A stretch of 64,000 nt of DNA, taken from Ruminococcus sp. Lineage in GTDB: Bacteria > Bacillota > Clostridia > Oscillospirales > Acutalibacteraceae. Shown here in pieces: positions 29,424 through 39,024 of the stretch. A model generated the notes under the pieces. It had not been told where the DNA came from and ran no database searches. It was given only the letters and a program-made list of their open reading frames with translations. Both the position numbers and the translations under genes were made by a program. How positions within the stretch are numbered: position 1 is the first letter of the stretch; every line of letters starts with the position of its first letter. The DNA lies in contig JAFLSK010000003.1 of assembly GCA_022510945.1 (NCBI GenBank), positions 1,513-65,512 of the forward strand, given 5' to 3'.

Positions 29424-31938
29424 ATTGAGCAACGAGAACGAGATAAACAATCTTAGCGGAAAAATCATAGACGTCGACGTCGAAAAGGAGATGAAGCAGA
29501 GCTTCCTCGACTACTCGATGTCGGTTATCGTCAGCCGTGCTCTCCCCGACGTTAGAGACGGACTTAAGCCTGTACACAGAAGAATTTTATACACAATGTA
29601 CGACCACGGCCTTGAACCGAATAAACCGTACCACAAGTGCGCCGACACGGTAGGTAACGTGCTCGGTTCGTACCACCCGCACGGCGACGCGTCGGTGTAT
29701 GACGCGCTCGTGCGACTTGCGCAGGACTTCTCTATGCGCTATATGCTCGTTGACGGCCACGGAAACTTCGGCTCCGTCGACGGCGACCCGCCTGCGGCTT
29801 ACCGATATACCGAGGCTCGAATGAGCAAGATTTCTATGGAAATGCTCACCGATATCGAGAAAAAGGTCGTTGACTTCGTGCCGAACTACGACGACCGCCT
29901 CGAGGAGCCTACCGTGCTCCCGAGCCGATTCCCGAACCTGCTCGTAAACGGCTCGAGCGGTATCGCTGTCGGTATGGCGACTAATATTCCGCCGCATAAC
30001 TTAGGCGAGGTTATCGACGCGATTGAACTTCTCATCGAAAATCCCGACGCCGAGGTTGCCGACATTATGGAGTGTATTCCCGGTCCGGACTTCCCGACGG
30101 GCGGTATTATAATGGGCAGGAGCGGAATCCGCGCTGCCTACAGCACAGGCCGCGGCAAGATTATCGTCCGCGCAAAGACCGAGATTGTAGAGGCGAAGAA
30201 CAACCGCTTTAAGATTATCGTGACGGAGCTTCCGTACAGCGTAAACAAGGCTCGTCTTATCGAGCATATCGCCGACCTCGTAAAGGATAAGAAAATCGAG
30301 GGTATCACAAATATCGAGGACCATTCCGACCGTAACGGTATGCACATCGAAATCGACGTTCGCCGCGACGCGTCTCCGCAGATTGTACTGAACCAGCTTT
30401 TCTCCTACACACAGTTGCAGTCGACGTTCGGCACGATTATGCTCGCTATCGTAAACGGCGAGCCGAAAATCCTCACGCTCAAAGAGTGCCTACAGCTTTA
30501 CATAGACTTCCAGGTTGAAATCGTAACAAGAAGAACAGAATACGACCTCAAAAAGGCTCAGGAAAGATGCCACATCTTAGAGGGTCTGAAAATCGCGATT
30601 GACAACATCGACGAGGTTATCCACATTATCCGCAACAGCAAGGACACCGCGACTGCGAAGGTGAACCTTATGGAACGCTTCGAACTCGACGAGGTTCAGG
30701 CGCAGGCTATCGTCCAGATGCGACTCGGTCAGCTTACGAATATGGAGCGCGGAAAAATCGAGGATGAAATCGCCGCACTTCTTGCGAAAATTAAGGAATA
30801 CACCGAGCTTTTAGGCAGCCATCAGCTGCTCTTAGAGACGGTTAAAAACGAGGCTATCGCCCTTCGAAATAAATATGCCGACCCGCGCCGCACGGAGATT
30901 TGCCACATCAGCGGCGAGGTTGATATCGAGGACCTTATCCCCGTGGAGGACTGCGTTGTGACTATGACGCGCTACGGCTACATCAAGCGTATCGAACAGT
31001 CCGAGTACTCTATCCAGCGCCGCGGAGGACGCGGAGTTAAGGGTATGACCACGCGAGAGGAAGACGTTGCGACCGAAATGTTCATCTGCAACACCCACGA
31101 CTATATCCTCTTCTTTACGGACAAGGGCCGCGTTTACCGCGTTAAGTGCTATACTATCCCCGAGGGCACGCGCCAGAGCAAGGGTATGAACATCGCGAAT
31201 ATCCTGCCTATCGGCACGGACGAAAAGGTTACCTCGATGATTCCTGTCGGCGAGTTTGAGGAGGACAAGTACCTCATTATGGTAACTCATCAGGGTATTA
31301 TCAAGCGAATCGCCCTCAACGCCTACAACACGGCGCGCAAGGGCGGACTTATTGCGCTCGAGCTCAACGAGGGCGACGAGCTCGCGTGGGTTAGAATGAC
31401 GGGCGGCAGCGATCAGGTGATGATTGCTACGCGCGACGGTATGTCAATCCGCTTTAATGAAACCGACGTAAGACCTATGGGTCGACAGGCTCGCGGCGTT
31501 AAGGCTATGAAGCTTAAGGACGGCGATATTATTGTCGGAATGTCCGTTATCGACGAGGAGAGCCTTGTGCTCACAGTTTCCGAGACGGGCTTCGGCCGAC
31601 TCTCAAGTCCCGACAATTACCGCGTACAGTCCAGAGGCGGTAAGGGTCTCACCAACTACCACACCGAAAAATACGGCAAGGTTGCGGGAATCAGCGTGAT
31701 TAAGCCCGACGAGGATATTATCCTCATCAGCGAGGAGGGCGTTGTTATCCGAATTAACGCCGACGACGTGCGAATCTGTGCGAGACCTTCAAAGGGCGTA
31801 ACGCTTATGCGCATTAACGAGGGCAACAAGGTCGTGTCCTTTGCGCATCTTCCTCACGAGGACGAGGAAACCGAACAGCCCGTTGACAACAGCGAGCCCG
31901 AGGCAGAAGCGGACGACGCGTCTGAAACCGAAGAGTAA
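29416..31938 (+). CDS. gyrA: DNA gyrase subunit A
   Basis: [22 protein letters not shown] active-site Tyr, GyrA-box QRRGGRG. Confidence 0.99.
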   Translation: MNKLSNENEINNLSGKIIDVDVEKEMKQSFLDYSMSVIVSRALPDVRDGLKPVHRRILYTMYDHGLEPNKPYHKCADTVGNVLGSYHPHGDASVYDALVRLAQDFSMRYMLVDGHGNFGSVDGDPPAAYRYTEARMSKISMEMLTDIEKKVVDFVPNYDDRLEEPTVLPSRFPNLLVNGSSGIAVGMATNIPPHNLGEVIDAIELLIENPDAEVADIMECIPGPDFPTGGIIMGRSGIRAAYSTGRGKIIVRAKTEIVEAKNNRFKIIVTELPYSVNKARLIEHIADLVKDKKIEGITNIEDHSDRNGMHIEIDVRRDASPQIVLNQLFSYTQLQSTFGTIMLAIVNGEPKILTLKECLQLYIDFQVEIVTRRTEYDLKKAQERCHILEGLKIAIDNIDEVIHIIRNSKDTATAKVNLMERFELDEVQAQAIVQMRLGQLTNMERGKIEDEIAALLAKIKEYTELLGSHQLLLETVKNEAIALRNKYADPRRTEICHISGEVDIEDLIPVEDCVVTMTRYGYIKRIEQSEYSIQRRGGRGVKGMTTREEDVATEMFICNTHDYILFFTDKGRVYRVKCYTIPEGTRQSKGMNIANILPIGTDEKVTSMIPVGEFEEDKYLIMVTHQGIIKRIALNAYNTARKGGLIALELNEGDELAWVRMTGGSDQVMIATRDGMSIRFNETDVRPMGRQARGVKAMKLKDGDIIVGMSVIDEESLVLTVSETGFGRLSSPDNYRVQSRGGKGLTNYHTEKYGKVAGISVIKPDEDIILISEEGVVIRINADDVRICARPSKGVTLMRINEGNKVVSFAHLPHEDEETEQPVDNSEPEAEADDASETEE

Positions 31939-32013
31939 AAAACGTGATAAATAGGGGAGGGTCTCTGTACCCTCCCAATCGTTTGTCAGAATTTAGTGAA
32001 AAGGAAGTATAAA

Positions 32014-32583
32014 ATGAACAAAACCGAAGTGATTTTAGCCTCCGCTTCACCGCGCAGGCAGGAGCTTTTGAAATATATTTTTGACGAGTTTAAAATCATT
32101 CCGTCCGACGCGGACGAAACCGTCGGCGATGAAATCCCTGTCGATTTCCGTCCCGAGCTGATTGCGAGCCGCAAGGCAGTGAGCGTTGCCGCGGATTATC
32201 CGAACAGCCTTGTTATCGGGTGCGACACCGCGGTAATTGTGGACAATATTATGCTCGGTAAGCCTGCGGACAAAGCGGACGCGGTGCATATGCTAAAGCT
32301 TTTAAGCGGCAGAAAGCATAAGGTCATAACAGGCTGTTGCCTGTGTCTTGAGGGCAAGGAAAAAAAGTTTTCCGTGATAACAGAGGTCGAGTTTTACCCT
32401 CTTTGCGACAGCGAAATCGAAAAATATATCGCGACCGACGACTGGCGTGATAAGGCGGGCGCATACGGAATACAAGGAGCGGCGAACCTTTTTGTACGCG
32501 GTATATCGGGCGACTACAACAACGTTGTCGGGCTTCCGTGCGCCGAGCTTAACAGGCAGATTAAGGAGTTTTTGGGAGAGTAA
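32014..32583 (+). CDS. maf: Maf-family nucleoside triphosphate pyrophosphatase
   Basis: ILASASPRR, GCDT, DKAGAYGIQG, NVVGLP; start at MNKTE. Confidence 0.93.
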   Translation: MNKTEVILASASPRRQELLKYIFDEFKIIPSDADETVGDEIPVDFRPELIASRKAVSVAADYPNSLVIGCDTAVIVDNIMLGKPADKADAVHMLKLLSGRKHKVITGCCLCLEGKEKKFSVITEVEFYPLCDSEIEKYIATDDWRDKAGAYGIQGAANLFVRGISGDYNNVVGLPCAELNRQIKEFLGE

Positions 32584-32584
32584 T

Positions 32585-33283
32585 ATGAAGAAAATTTTAT
32601 GTATTTTACTCTTTTGCGTGTTAGCGTTTTCGCTCTGTTCGTGCGCACAAAAGAAGGCTGAAACAGTCTCCACCGTCAGCGGCGCGACCGAGGACGAGGC
32701 GAACTACCCCGCACCTGTAAAGGACAACTTCGTCGAAAGCGACGGCGCAACGGGAATGAGCTATAAGATGACCCTCGACCAATACACATCGGCGTTCAAC
32801 AGTATGTACACAAGCCTCGGCGGCAACCTCAGCGACTACGAGTACAGCAAGTGGAAAAAGACTGAAGCCGAGGATCAGAGCGGCGAAGAGCACGAGTTTT
32901 ACTACCTCGACAGCGGAGATATAACCCTCACCGCGAGCGTAGAGAAGGAGTCGCTCTACCTCTCGAACGTGGGGTGCGGCGTGAAGGAAGAATTTTTTTA
33001 CGCGAGCGAAAACAATGAACAGAAGGTTATGACCGTCTGCGGAATTATCGCGGCGGTAGCTGGCGGCTACGAAATCGACGACGTTCCTTTCTTCGGCAAC
33101 CTCTACGTCGACACGCTCGGCAGCGAGGAGCACTGTTTCTGGTACTCGAACAGTATCTATCTTTTCGACAGCGGCGAGAGTAAAAACGGCGATAAGACTA
33201 TGCTTTTTCGTACAATGCCCGCGTCCGCGTCGATTGAGGCGGAGTGGGATTTACAGGACTACAAGAGTTACTGGCTCGGATAA
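32585..33283 (+). CDS. Acidic hypothetical lipoprotein
   Basis: MKKILCILLFCVLAFSLCSC lipobox-like signal; start at 32585 directly after maf. Confidence 0.8.
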   Translation: MKKILCILLFCVLAFSLCSCAQKKAETVSTVSGATEDEANYPAPVKDNFVESDGATGMSYKMTLDQYTSAFNSMYTSLGGNLSDYEYSKWKKTEAEDQSGEEHEFYYLDSGDITLTASVEKESLYLSNVGCGVKEEFFYASENNEQKVMTVCGIIAAVAGGYEIDDVPFFGNLYVDTLGSEEHCFWYSNSIYLFDSGESKNGDKTMLFRTMPASASIEAEWDLQDYKSYWLG

Positions 33284-33286
33284 CAA

Positions 33287-33323
33287 TAAAGTCGGGTGTT
33301 AAAGGCTAACACCCGACTTTTTA
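33287..33323. terminator. Bidirectional terminator
   Basis: AAAGTCGGGTGTT-aaaggct-AACACCCGACTTT between convergent genes. Confidence 0.8.
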
Positions 33324-33328
33324 TCGTA

Positions 33329-33685
33329 TCAGCTTTTGTCGCCCGGCTTACTGAACAGGGCGGCAATCAGCGAGAACACTATTGCCGCGGTTATGCCCGC
33401 CGCGGAGGCGGTCAGCGCGCCCGTTAGGATTCCGAGAGCGCCGTCCTGCTTTATCGCCTCTTCCATTCCGCTCGCCATAAGGTAGCCGAACCCCGAAATC
33501 GGCACGGTTGCGCCCGCGCCCGCAATTTCTGCGAAGGGCTTGTACACCCCGATTGCGGTCAGCGCAACGCCTGCTACCACAAACCCCGTGAGAATCCTCG
33601 CGGGAGTCAGGGCGGTTTTGTCTATAAGTATCTGTCCGACCACGCAGATTGCGCCGCCGGCAAGAAAAGCGTATACATAATGCAT
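33329..33685 (-). CDS. spoVAE: Stage V sporulation protein AE (SpoVAE/SpoVAC family)
   Basis: AFLAGGAICVVGQILIDKT, AGAGATVPISGFG, C-terminal FSKPG. Confidence 0.9.
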   Translation of the reverse strand: MHYVYAFLAGGAICVVGQILIDKTALTPARILTGFVVAGVALTAIGVYKPFAEIAGAGATVPISGFGYLMASGMEEAIKQDGALGILTGALTASAAGITAAIVFSLIAALFSKPGDKS

Positions 33686-33747
33686 AAATTCCACAGCCTT
33701 TCGCCCGACGAAAACCTTCGTGGGCAAATATTGTTATTTTCGCTTTT

Positions 33748-33776
33748 TATTATTAACAAAGAGAGAATGAATATGC
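33748..33776 (-). promoter_or_regulatory. Possible forespore SigG/SigF-type promoter for spoVAE
   Basis: Minus strand GCATA-N17-AATAATA. Confidence 0.4.
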
Positions 33777-33961
33777 ATAATTTGGGAGTTATTGTTGCCC
33801 GATTTTTTGCCGCACGGCGCAGAATGTGACAAATATATGAAAAATTGTGAAAACGCTCTGAATTTTTCAAAATTACTCTCCACAAAAGAAAACTTTTGTT
33901 GTATAATTAAACTATGATATTATGCGCTAATTTACTTGCGCAAAAAGAAATTGAAGGAGTG

Positions 33962-34930
33962 ATGAACGTGGTTGAGGTTAAGAACCTTACCAAACGCTTT
34001 GGAGACACCACCGTTGTCGACAACATCAGCTTCACCGTCGAGACAGGGGAAGTCCTCGGCTTTCTCGGTCCGAACGGCGCAGGCAAGTCGACTACTATGA
34101 ATATGATTACGGGTTATATCTCCTCTTCGAGCGGCACGGTCACCGTCGACGGCAGCGAAATCCTCGACGACCCGAAAAAGGTGAAGAGCAGCATCGGCTA
34201 CTTACCCGAGATGCCGCCGCTTTATATGGATATGACCGTGAGAAAATATCTCGAGTTTATGTTTGACTTAAAGAAAGTAAAACTCCCGAAAAAGGAGCAC
34301 ATCGGCGAGGTTATGCGACTCGTTAAGATTTCGGACGTTTCCGAGCGAATTATCAAGCACCTCTCGAAGGGCTACCGCCAGCGCGTGGGCTTTGCTCAGG
34401 CACTGCTCGGCAATCCGCCCGTGCTTATCCTTGACGAGCCGACGGTTGGACTCGACCCGCAGCAGATTATCGAGGTTCGAAATCTCATCAAGAGTCTCGG
34501 CAAAAAGCACACGGTTATCTTCTCGTCCCACGTTCTCTCCGAAATTTCCGCGACCTGCGACAGAATCGTCGTTATTTCAAAAGGCAAAATCGTCGCCGAC
34601 GCGCGCACCGAGGAGCTCGGCACGGCGGTTTCGGGCGAGCAGAAACTCAGCCTTGACATTGAGGGTTCGCAGGGTACCGTGCTTAACGCGCTCAAGGTTA
34701 TTCCCGGCGTTTTAAAAATTCGTAAGACAAGAGACGTTTCGGAAGGCGTCGGCAGATATATCGTCGAGTATCAGACAGGCGTTGACGTCCGCCGCGACGT
34801 ATTCCGCGCGATTGCGTCCGCGGGCTGTGTTATCCTCAATATGGAGAGCGGAAACGAAACACTCGAGGACAGCTTCCTCCGTCTCACCGCCGAGGATCAG
34901 ACGGAAAAGATTACAGGAGGTGCGAGGTAA
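33962..34930 (+). CDS. ABC-2 type ATP-binding protein (GldA-like)
   Basis: GPNGAGKST, LSKGYRQRVG signature, LDEPTVGLDP; start at MNVVE. Confidence 0.9.
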   Translation: MNVVEVKNLTKRFGDTTVVDNISFTVETGEVLGFLGPNGAGKSTTMNMITGYISSSSGTVTVDGSEILDDPKKVKSSIGYLPEMPPLYMDMTVRKYLEFMFDLKKVKLPKKEHIGEVMRLVKISDVSERIIKHLSKGYRQRVGFAQALLGNPPVLILDEPTVGLDPQQIIEVRNLIKSLGKKHTVIFSSHVLSEISATCDRIVVISKGKIVADARTEELGTAVSGEQKLSLDIEGSQGTVLNALKVIPGVLKIRKTRDVSEGVGRYIVEYQTGVDVRRDVFRAIASAGCVILNMESGNETLEDSFLRLTAEDQTEKITGGAR

Positions 34931-35634
34931 TGAAAGCAATTCTTAAAAGAGAGCTCGGCTCCTACTTCAACTCCGCCGTCGCGTATATCGTTATGGCTAT
35001 TTTCTTCGGCTTTGCGGGCTTGTTTTTCGTCTTTACCTGCTTTTTGGGAAACACCGCGTCTTTGAGCCCGACGTTTAACAATATGTTCATTATTATCGTT
35101 TTCCTCACTCCGCTTATCGCGATGAAATCTTTCAGCGAGGAAAAACGCCAGCGCACAGATCAGGCGCTTTTGACCTCTCCCGCGAGTCTTTTCGAGATTG
35201 TTATGGGCAAGTTTTTAGGCGCGTTTATCCTTTACGCGATTTGCTGTCTTATCTTCTTCGTGTACGGTCTTGTAATTATGCTGTTCACGACTCCCGACTG
35301 GGCGGTTATCCTGTGCACGACTATCGGGCTTCTGCTTATGGGCGGCGCGCTGATTGCGATTGATATTTTCGTAAGTGCGCTCACCGAAAGTCAGGTTATC
35401 GCCGCAATCGTCGGTATGGCTGTCGGACTCATCACCTATATGATGGGCACGATTGTGTCTATTATAGACGTCGAGTGGATTGCAAGCGCGCTGACCGCTA
35501 TTTCATTTACAAACTATTATTCAAGTTTCACATACGGCATTCTCGACCCCAAGGGTATAGTGTTCTTCTTAAGCGTTATCGCGCTGTTTGTATTCTTCAC
35601 TATCCGCGTGTTCGAGAAAAAACGCTGGAGCTAA
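34930..35634 (+). CDS. ABC-2 permease (GldF-like)
   Basis: AILKRELGSYFNS, FSEEKRQRTDQALLTSP, ~6 TM. Confidence 0.88.
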   Translation: MKAILKRELGSYFNSAVAYIVMAIFFGFAGLFFVFTCFLGNTASLSPTFNNMFIIIVFLTPLIAMKSFSEEKRQRTDQALLTSPASLFEIVMGKFLGAFILYAICCLIFFVYGLVIMLFTTPDWAVILCTTIGLLLMGGALIAIDIFVSALTESQVIAAIVGMAVGLITYMMGTIVSIIDVEWIASALTAISFTNYYSSFTYGILDPKGIVFFLSVIALFVFFTIRVFEKKRWS

Positions 35635-35647
35635 GGAGGGAGTTAAT

Positions 35648-37204
35648 ATGTTTAAGAAAAAAGAAACCTCTGTAACTACAGCACAGAAAAAGACTAAAAA
35701 AGGCGGACTTAAGGCGTTCTTAAAGTCCAGAAAAGCTAAACGCGGCGGCGTTGCGGCGGCGATTTTGGCGGTGTTTATCTGCGTAATCGTGCTCGTAAAC
35801 GTTGCGACGGGACTTTTGGTCGAGCGTTTCCCGAACCTGCAGTTCGATATGACCGCGTCGCAGAGCTACGGCCTTCAGGACGACACGGTCGAGTACCTCT
35901 CTCAGCTTGACAAGGACATCACAATCTACGTCCTCACAAGAGAGAAAACATTCAAGGGCGGACTCAACGCGTATCAGGGCGGCGAGTACTTTACTCAGGC
36001 ATATACCCTGCTCAAGAAAATGGCGGCGGACAGCAAGCTTACTCTGAAGTTCGTAGACCTTGCGAAAAACCCGACCTTCACCGCGAAATACAGCAACATT
36101 GACTGGAACAGCGAGACAGCGTCTCACCTTATTTTGCTTGATTCGGGCGACGACTACACCGTGCTGTCGCTCGAGGATTGCTTCACCACCGACAGCGAGG
36201 CGCTCAGCTACGGCTACTATGTATACACAGCCACAAAAATCGAGCAGGCTATCGTAACGGGAGTGCTCGACCTCACCACCGCGCAGAAGGTCGGTATAGA
36301 CTTCATCACCGGCTCGGGCGAGAGCGAGGACACCTATTCTGCTCTCAAAAATCTCTTAAAGCAGAACGCCTACTCTGTCGAGGACGTAAACCTCACCACC
36401 TCAACTCTGCGCGAGGAAAGCACGGTTGCGGTGCTCTACTCTCCGTCCGTTGACCTCTCCGAGGAATCGGCGAGGAAGCTCTCCGATTGGCTCGACAACG
36501 ACGGCGACAACGGAAGGACGCTCATCTACATTCCGATTGACCTCAAGGTCGAGACTCCGAACATCGACGCTATCCTCAAGGAGTACGGTATGAAGGTCAG
36601 CGACGGTATCAGCTTCTGCACCAGCAGCGACTACTACATCAACGATCCGTATATGTTCCTTGCGGACTATGCGGAGGATACAACCTACACTTCTACCCTC
36701 AAAAACGCTAAGGTCAGCCCGCTCGTGTACTACACACGCGACGTCGAAATCTCCGACAGCAGCAAGGCGACGGCTCTGCTCACCGACAGCACCTCCGTGG
36801 GCGTTATTCCGTTCGACACGGATACCTCCGAGTTCGAGTCGGAAAGCGACCTTGCAAAGTTTTACAAGGCTGACGGTATCACTCCGGCGGCTATCGGCAC
36901 AAAGACAAATTCCGACAGCATAAGCTCGAACGTCGCTGTGTTCGGCTCGCCGTATATGTTCAGCGAGCGATTCCTCAGCACAAGCTCGTTTAACAACGCG
37001 AACTATATTGTAAACTTCTGCAACACCGTCACCAACCGCGGCGATATGGGAATCACCATCAACTCCGCGAGCGTAGACAACGGTGAGCTCGGCGTTACAA
37101 ACGCATCCACGATTATAGGCTACGGTATTGTGTTTATTGCAGTAGTTCCGATAATTGTGATGATAGTTGGAATTATCGTATTTATCCGCAGGAGGCACAG
37201 ATAA
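35648..37204 (+). CDS. GldG-like ABC auxiliary protein (N- and C-terminal TM, large extracellular domain)
   Basis: DMTASQSYGL...L..LDKDITIY, EQAIVTGV, FITGSGE, NANYIVN; start at MFKKK. Confidence 0.82.
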   Translation: MFKKKETSVTTAQKKTKKGGLKAFLKSRKAKRGGVAAAILAVFICVIVLVNVATGLLVERFPNLQFDMTASQSYGLQDDTVEYLSQLDKDITIYVLTREKTFKGGLNAYQGGEYFTQAYTLLKKMAADSKLTLKFVDLAKNPTFTAKYSNIDWNSETASHLILLDSGDDYTVLSLEDCFTTDSEALSYGYYVYTATKIEQAIVTGVLDLTTAQKVGIDFITGSGESEDTYSALKNLLKQNAYSVEDVNLTTSTLREESTVAVLYSPSVDLSEESARKLSDWLDNDGDNGRTLIYIPIDLKVETPNIDAILKEYGMKVSDGISFCTSSDYYINDPYMFLADYAEDTTYTSTLKNAKVSPLVYYTRDVEISDSSKATALLTDSTSVGVIPFDTDTSEFESESDLAKFYKADGITPAAIGTKTNSDSISSNVAVFGSPYMFSERFLSTSSFNNANYIVNFCNTVTNRGDMGITINSASVDNGELGVTNASTIIGYGIVFIAVVPIIVMIVGIIVFIRRRHR

Positions 37205-38877
37205 TGAGCGACAATATTAAGGAGCCGGAGATTATCGTCGAGGAAAACGGCGACAACCTGCTCGAAAATTTTGAAAATCAACCGCAGAAAAAACCGACGA
37301 AAACAAAGAAAAATTCCCACATAAAGGCGCTTATTGCCGCTATAGCAGGCGCTGTAGTGCTCGTGGGCGTGATATGCCTGATTATATTCGCGCCGAACGG
37401 CGACAGCCCGACCGAAAAAACCTATGAGGAAGCGGCCGCGCCTGTCGTGGACGAGAACAAAATGTGGCAGGTTACTCCGAAGGATAACTCCGCAAAGGAC
37501 GAGGATAGCTACGACGGCGGAAATCTCCTCGACCTTGTGCCCGCTGACATTTCTAAAATAAATGTGGAAAACGAAGGCGGAACCTTCGAGATTACTTCTT
37601 ACACCCCGACCGAAAAATCCGACGAGACCGACCCCGAAACGGGCGAGAGCGTGGAGACGACCTTAACGACCGTATACACCCTCGTCGGCTACGAGGACTT
37701 CGAGATGCAGGCGGGTGTGCCCGACGAAATCGCGAGCGCGTGCTCGACTCTTTCGTATTCCGCTGTTGCTACCACGGACGGCAGCAAGTCGCTGAAGGAC
37801 TGGGGTATGGACGAGCCGAGGAGCACCGTCACAGTGACCTTCGTCGACGGAACAAAGGCTGTGATAAAGGTCGGCGCGGACGCACCGCAGGGACTCGGCA
37901 CCTACGTTATGTTCGGCACGGGCAACGCGGTCTACCTCTGTGACACCGACACGGTAAGCCCGTTGCTGTTTAAGGTCAGCGACCTTATGAACCTCAGCAT
38001 AACCGACTCCGTGAGCGAGACCGGCGACACCGACGCGTCGCAGATTACCCTCAAAGGCACTGCATACGAGAGCGAAATCGTCCTCAAGCCGAACACAGAC
38101 ACAGACCATATCCAGAACAGCTTTATAATCACCTCACCCGAAACTAATTACGCCGATGACAATGCGGCAAGTCTCATCACGGGCGCAATCAAAGGGCTCT
38201 ACGCCGACAGCGTGGAGATGGTGAACCCGAGCGGCGCTCAGCTTAAAAAGTTAGGACTCAGCACGCCGTACGCGCAGGTTATAGCGAAGTATTCCGGCGC
38301 GACCGAGAACCTTATCGCAAGCTCGCCCGACGATGAAGGTAACGTGTATCTGATGAAAAACGGCGGCAAGGTTGTCTACAAAATGGCAGCGGCAAACGTA
38401 GGCTGGGTTACGGCGAAGTACGAAAGCCTTATCTCGCCGTATGTGCTCTATAACCGCTACGATTCGCTGAGCGGAATAACCGTGACCGCGGGCGACAAGA
38501 CATACGACTTCAAGGTGACGACTACCGTGACGAAGGCGGACGATGACGAAACGGAGAGCACGAACACCGTCGCGACCTATATGGGCAACGAACTCAATCA
38601 GGGCAACTTCGAGACCTTCTACCGCAATATGTCAATGCTTACTAAGCTTGATTCAACCGCAAAGTCGCCGAGCGGAAGCCCTGCTCTGACTGTGAAGTAT
38701 TCCTACGAGGAAGGCAGAAAAGCGGATACCATAGCTTTCTATAAGGACAGCACGTCGAAGTACGTCGTTACAGTAAACGGCGCGGCTAAAGGCACGGTAA
38801 ACGCCTCCTATGTTGAAAAGCTTATCATTCAGGCGCCCGACGCCGCGGTTGATAAGGAAGTTAAAAGCTTTTGGTAA
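37204..38877 (+). CDS. DUF4340-like membrane-anchored extracellular protein
   Basis: Single TM, repeated LKDWGMDEP / LKKLGLSTP motifs; usual position after GldG-like genes. Confidence 0.75.
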   Translation: MSDNIKEPEIIVEENGDNLLENFENQPQKKPTKTKKNSHIKALIAAIAGAVVLVGVICLIIFAPNGDSPTEKTYEEAAAPVVDENKMWQVTPKDNSAKDEDSYDGGNLLDLVPADISKINVENEGGTFEITSYTPTEKSDETDPETGESVETTLTTVYTLVGYEDFEMQAGVPDEIASACSTLSYSAVATTDGSKSLKDWGMDEPRSTVTVTFVDGTKAVIKVGADAPQGLGTYVMFGTGNAVYLCDTDTVSPLLFKVSDLMNLSITDSVSETGDTDASQITLKGTAYESEIVLKPNTDTDHIQNSFIITSPETNYADDNAASLITGAIKGLYADSVEMVNPSGAQLKKLGLSTPYAQVIAKYSGATENLIASSPDDEGNVYLMKNGGKVVYKMAAANVGWVTAKYESLISPYVLYNRYDSLSGITVTAGDKTYDFKVTTTVTKADDDETESTNTVATYMGNELNQGNFETFYRNMSMLTKLDSTAKSPSGSPALTVKYSYEEGRKADTIAFYKDSTSKYVVTVNGAAKGTVNASYVEKLIIQAPDAAVDKEVKSFW

Positions 38878-38906
38878 AAATTAATTTGTTAAACGCGATA
38901 TAAAGG

Positions 38907-38931
38907 AAAACCGTCCTACGGGGCGGTTTTT
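38907..38931 (+). terminator. Intrinsic terminator
   Basis: AAAACCGTCC-tacg-GGGCGGTTTTT. Confidence 0.75.
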
Positions 38932-39024
38932 CTGCGTTTACAGGGAAGAAATCGCAATAACATATTGTTAAAATACAAATTATAGTATAAAATATAGATT
39001 GAATTTCAGATAAGGAAAGATTCG

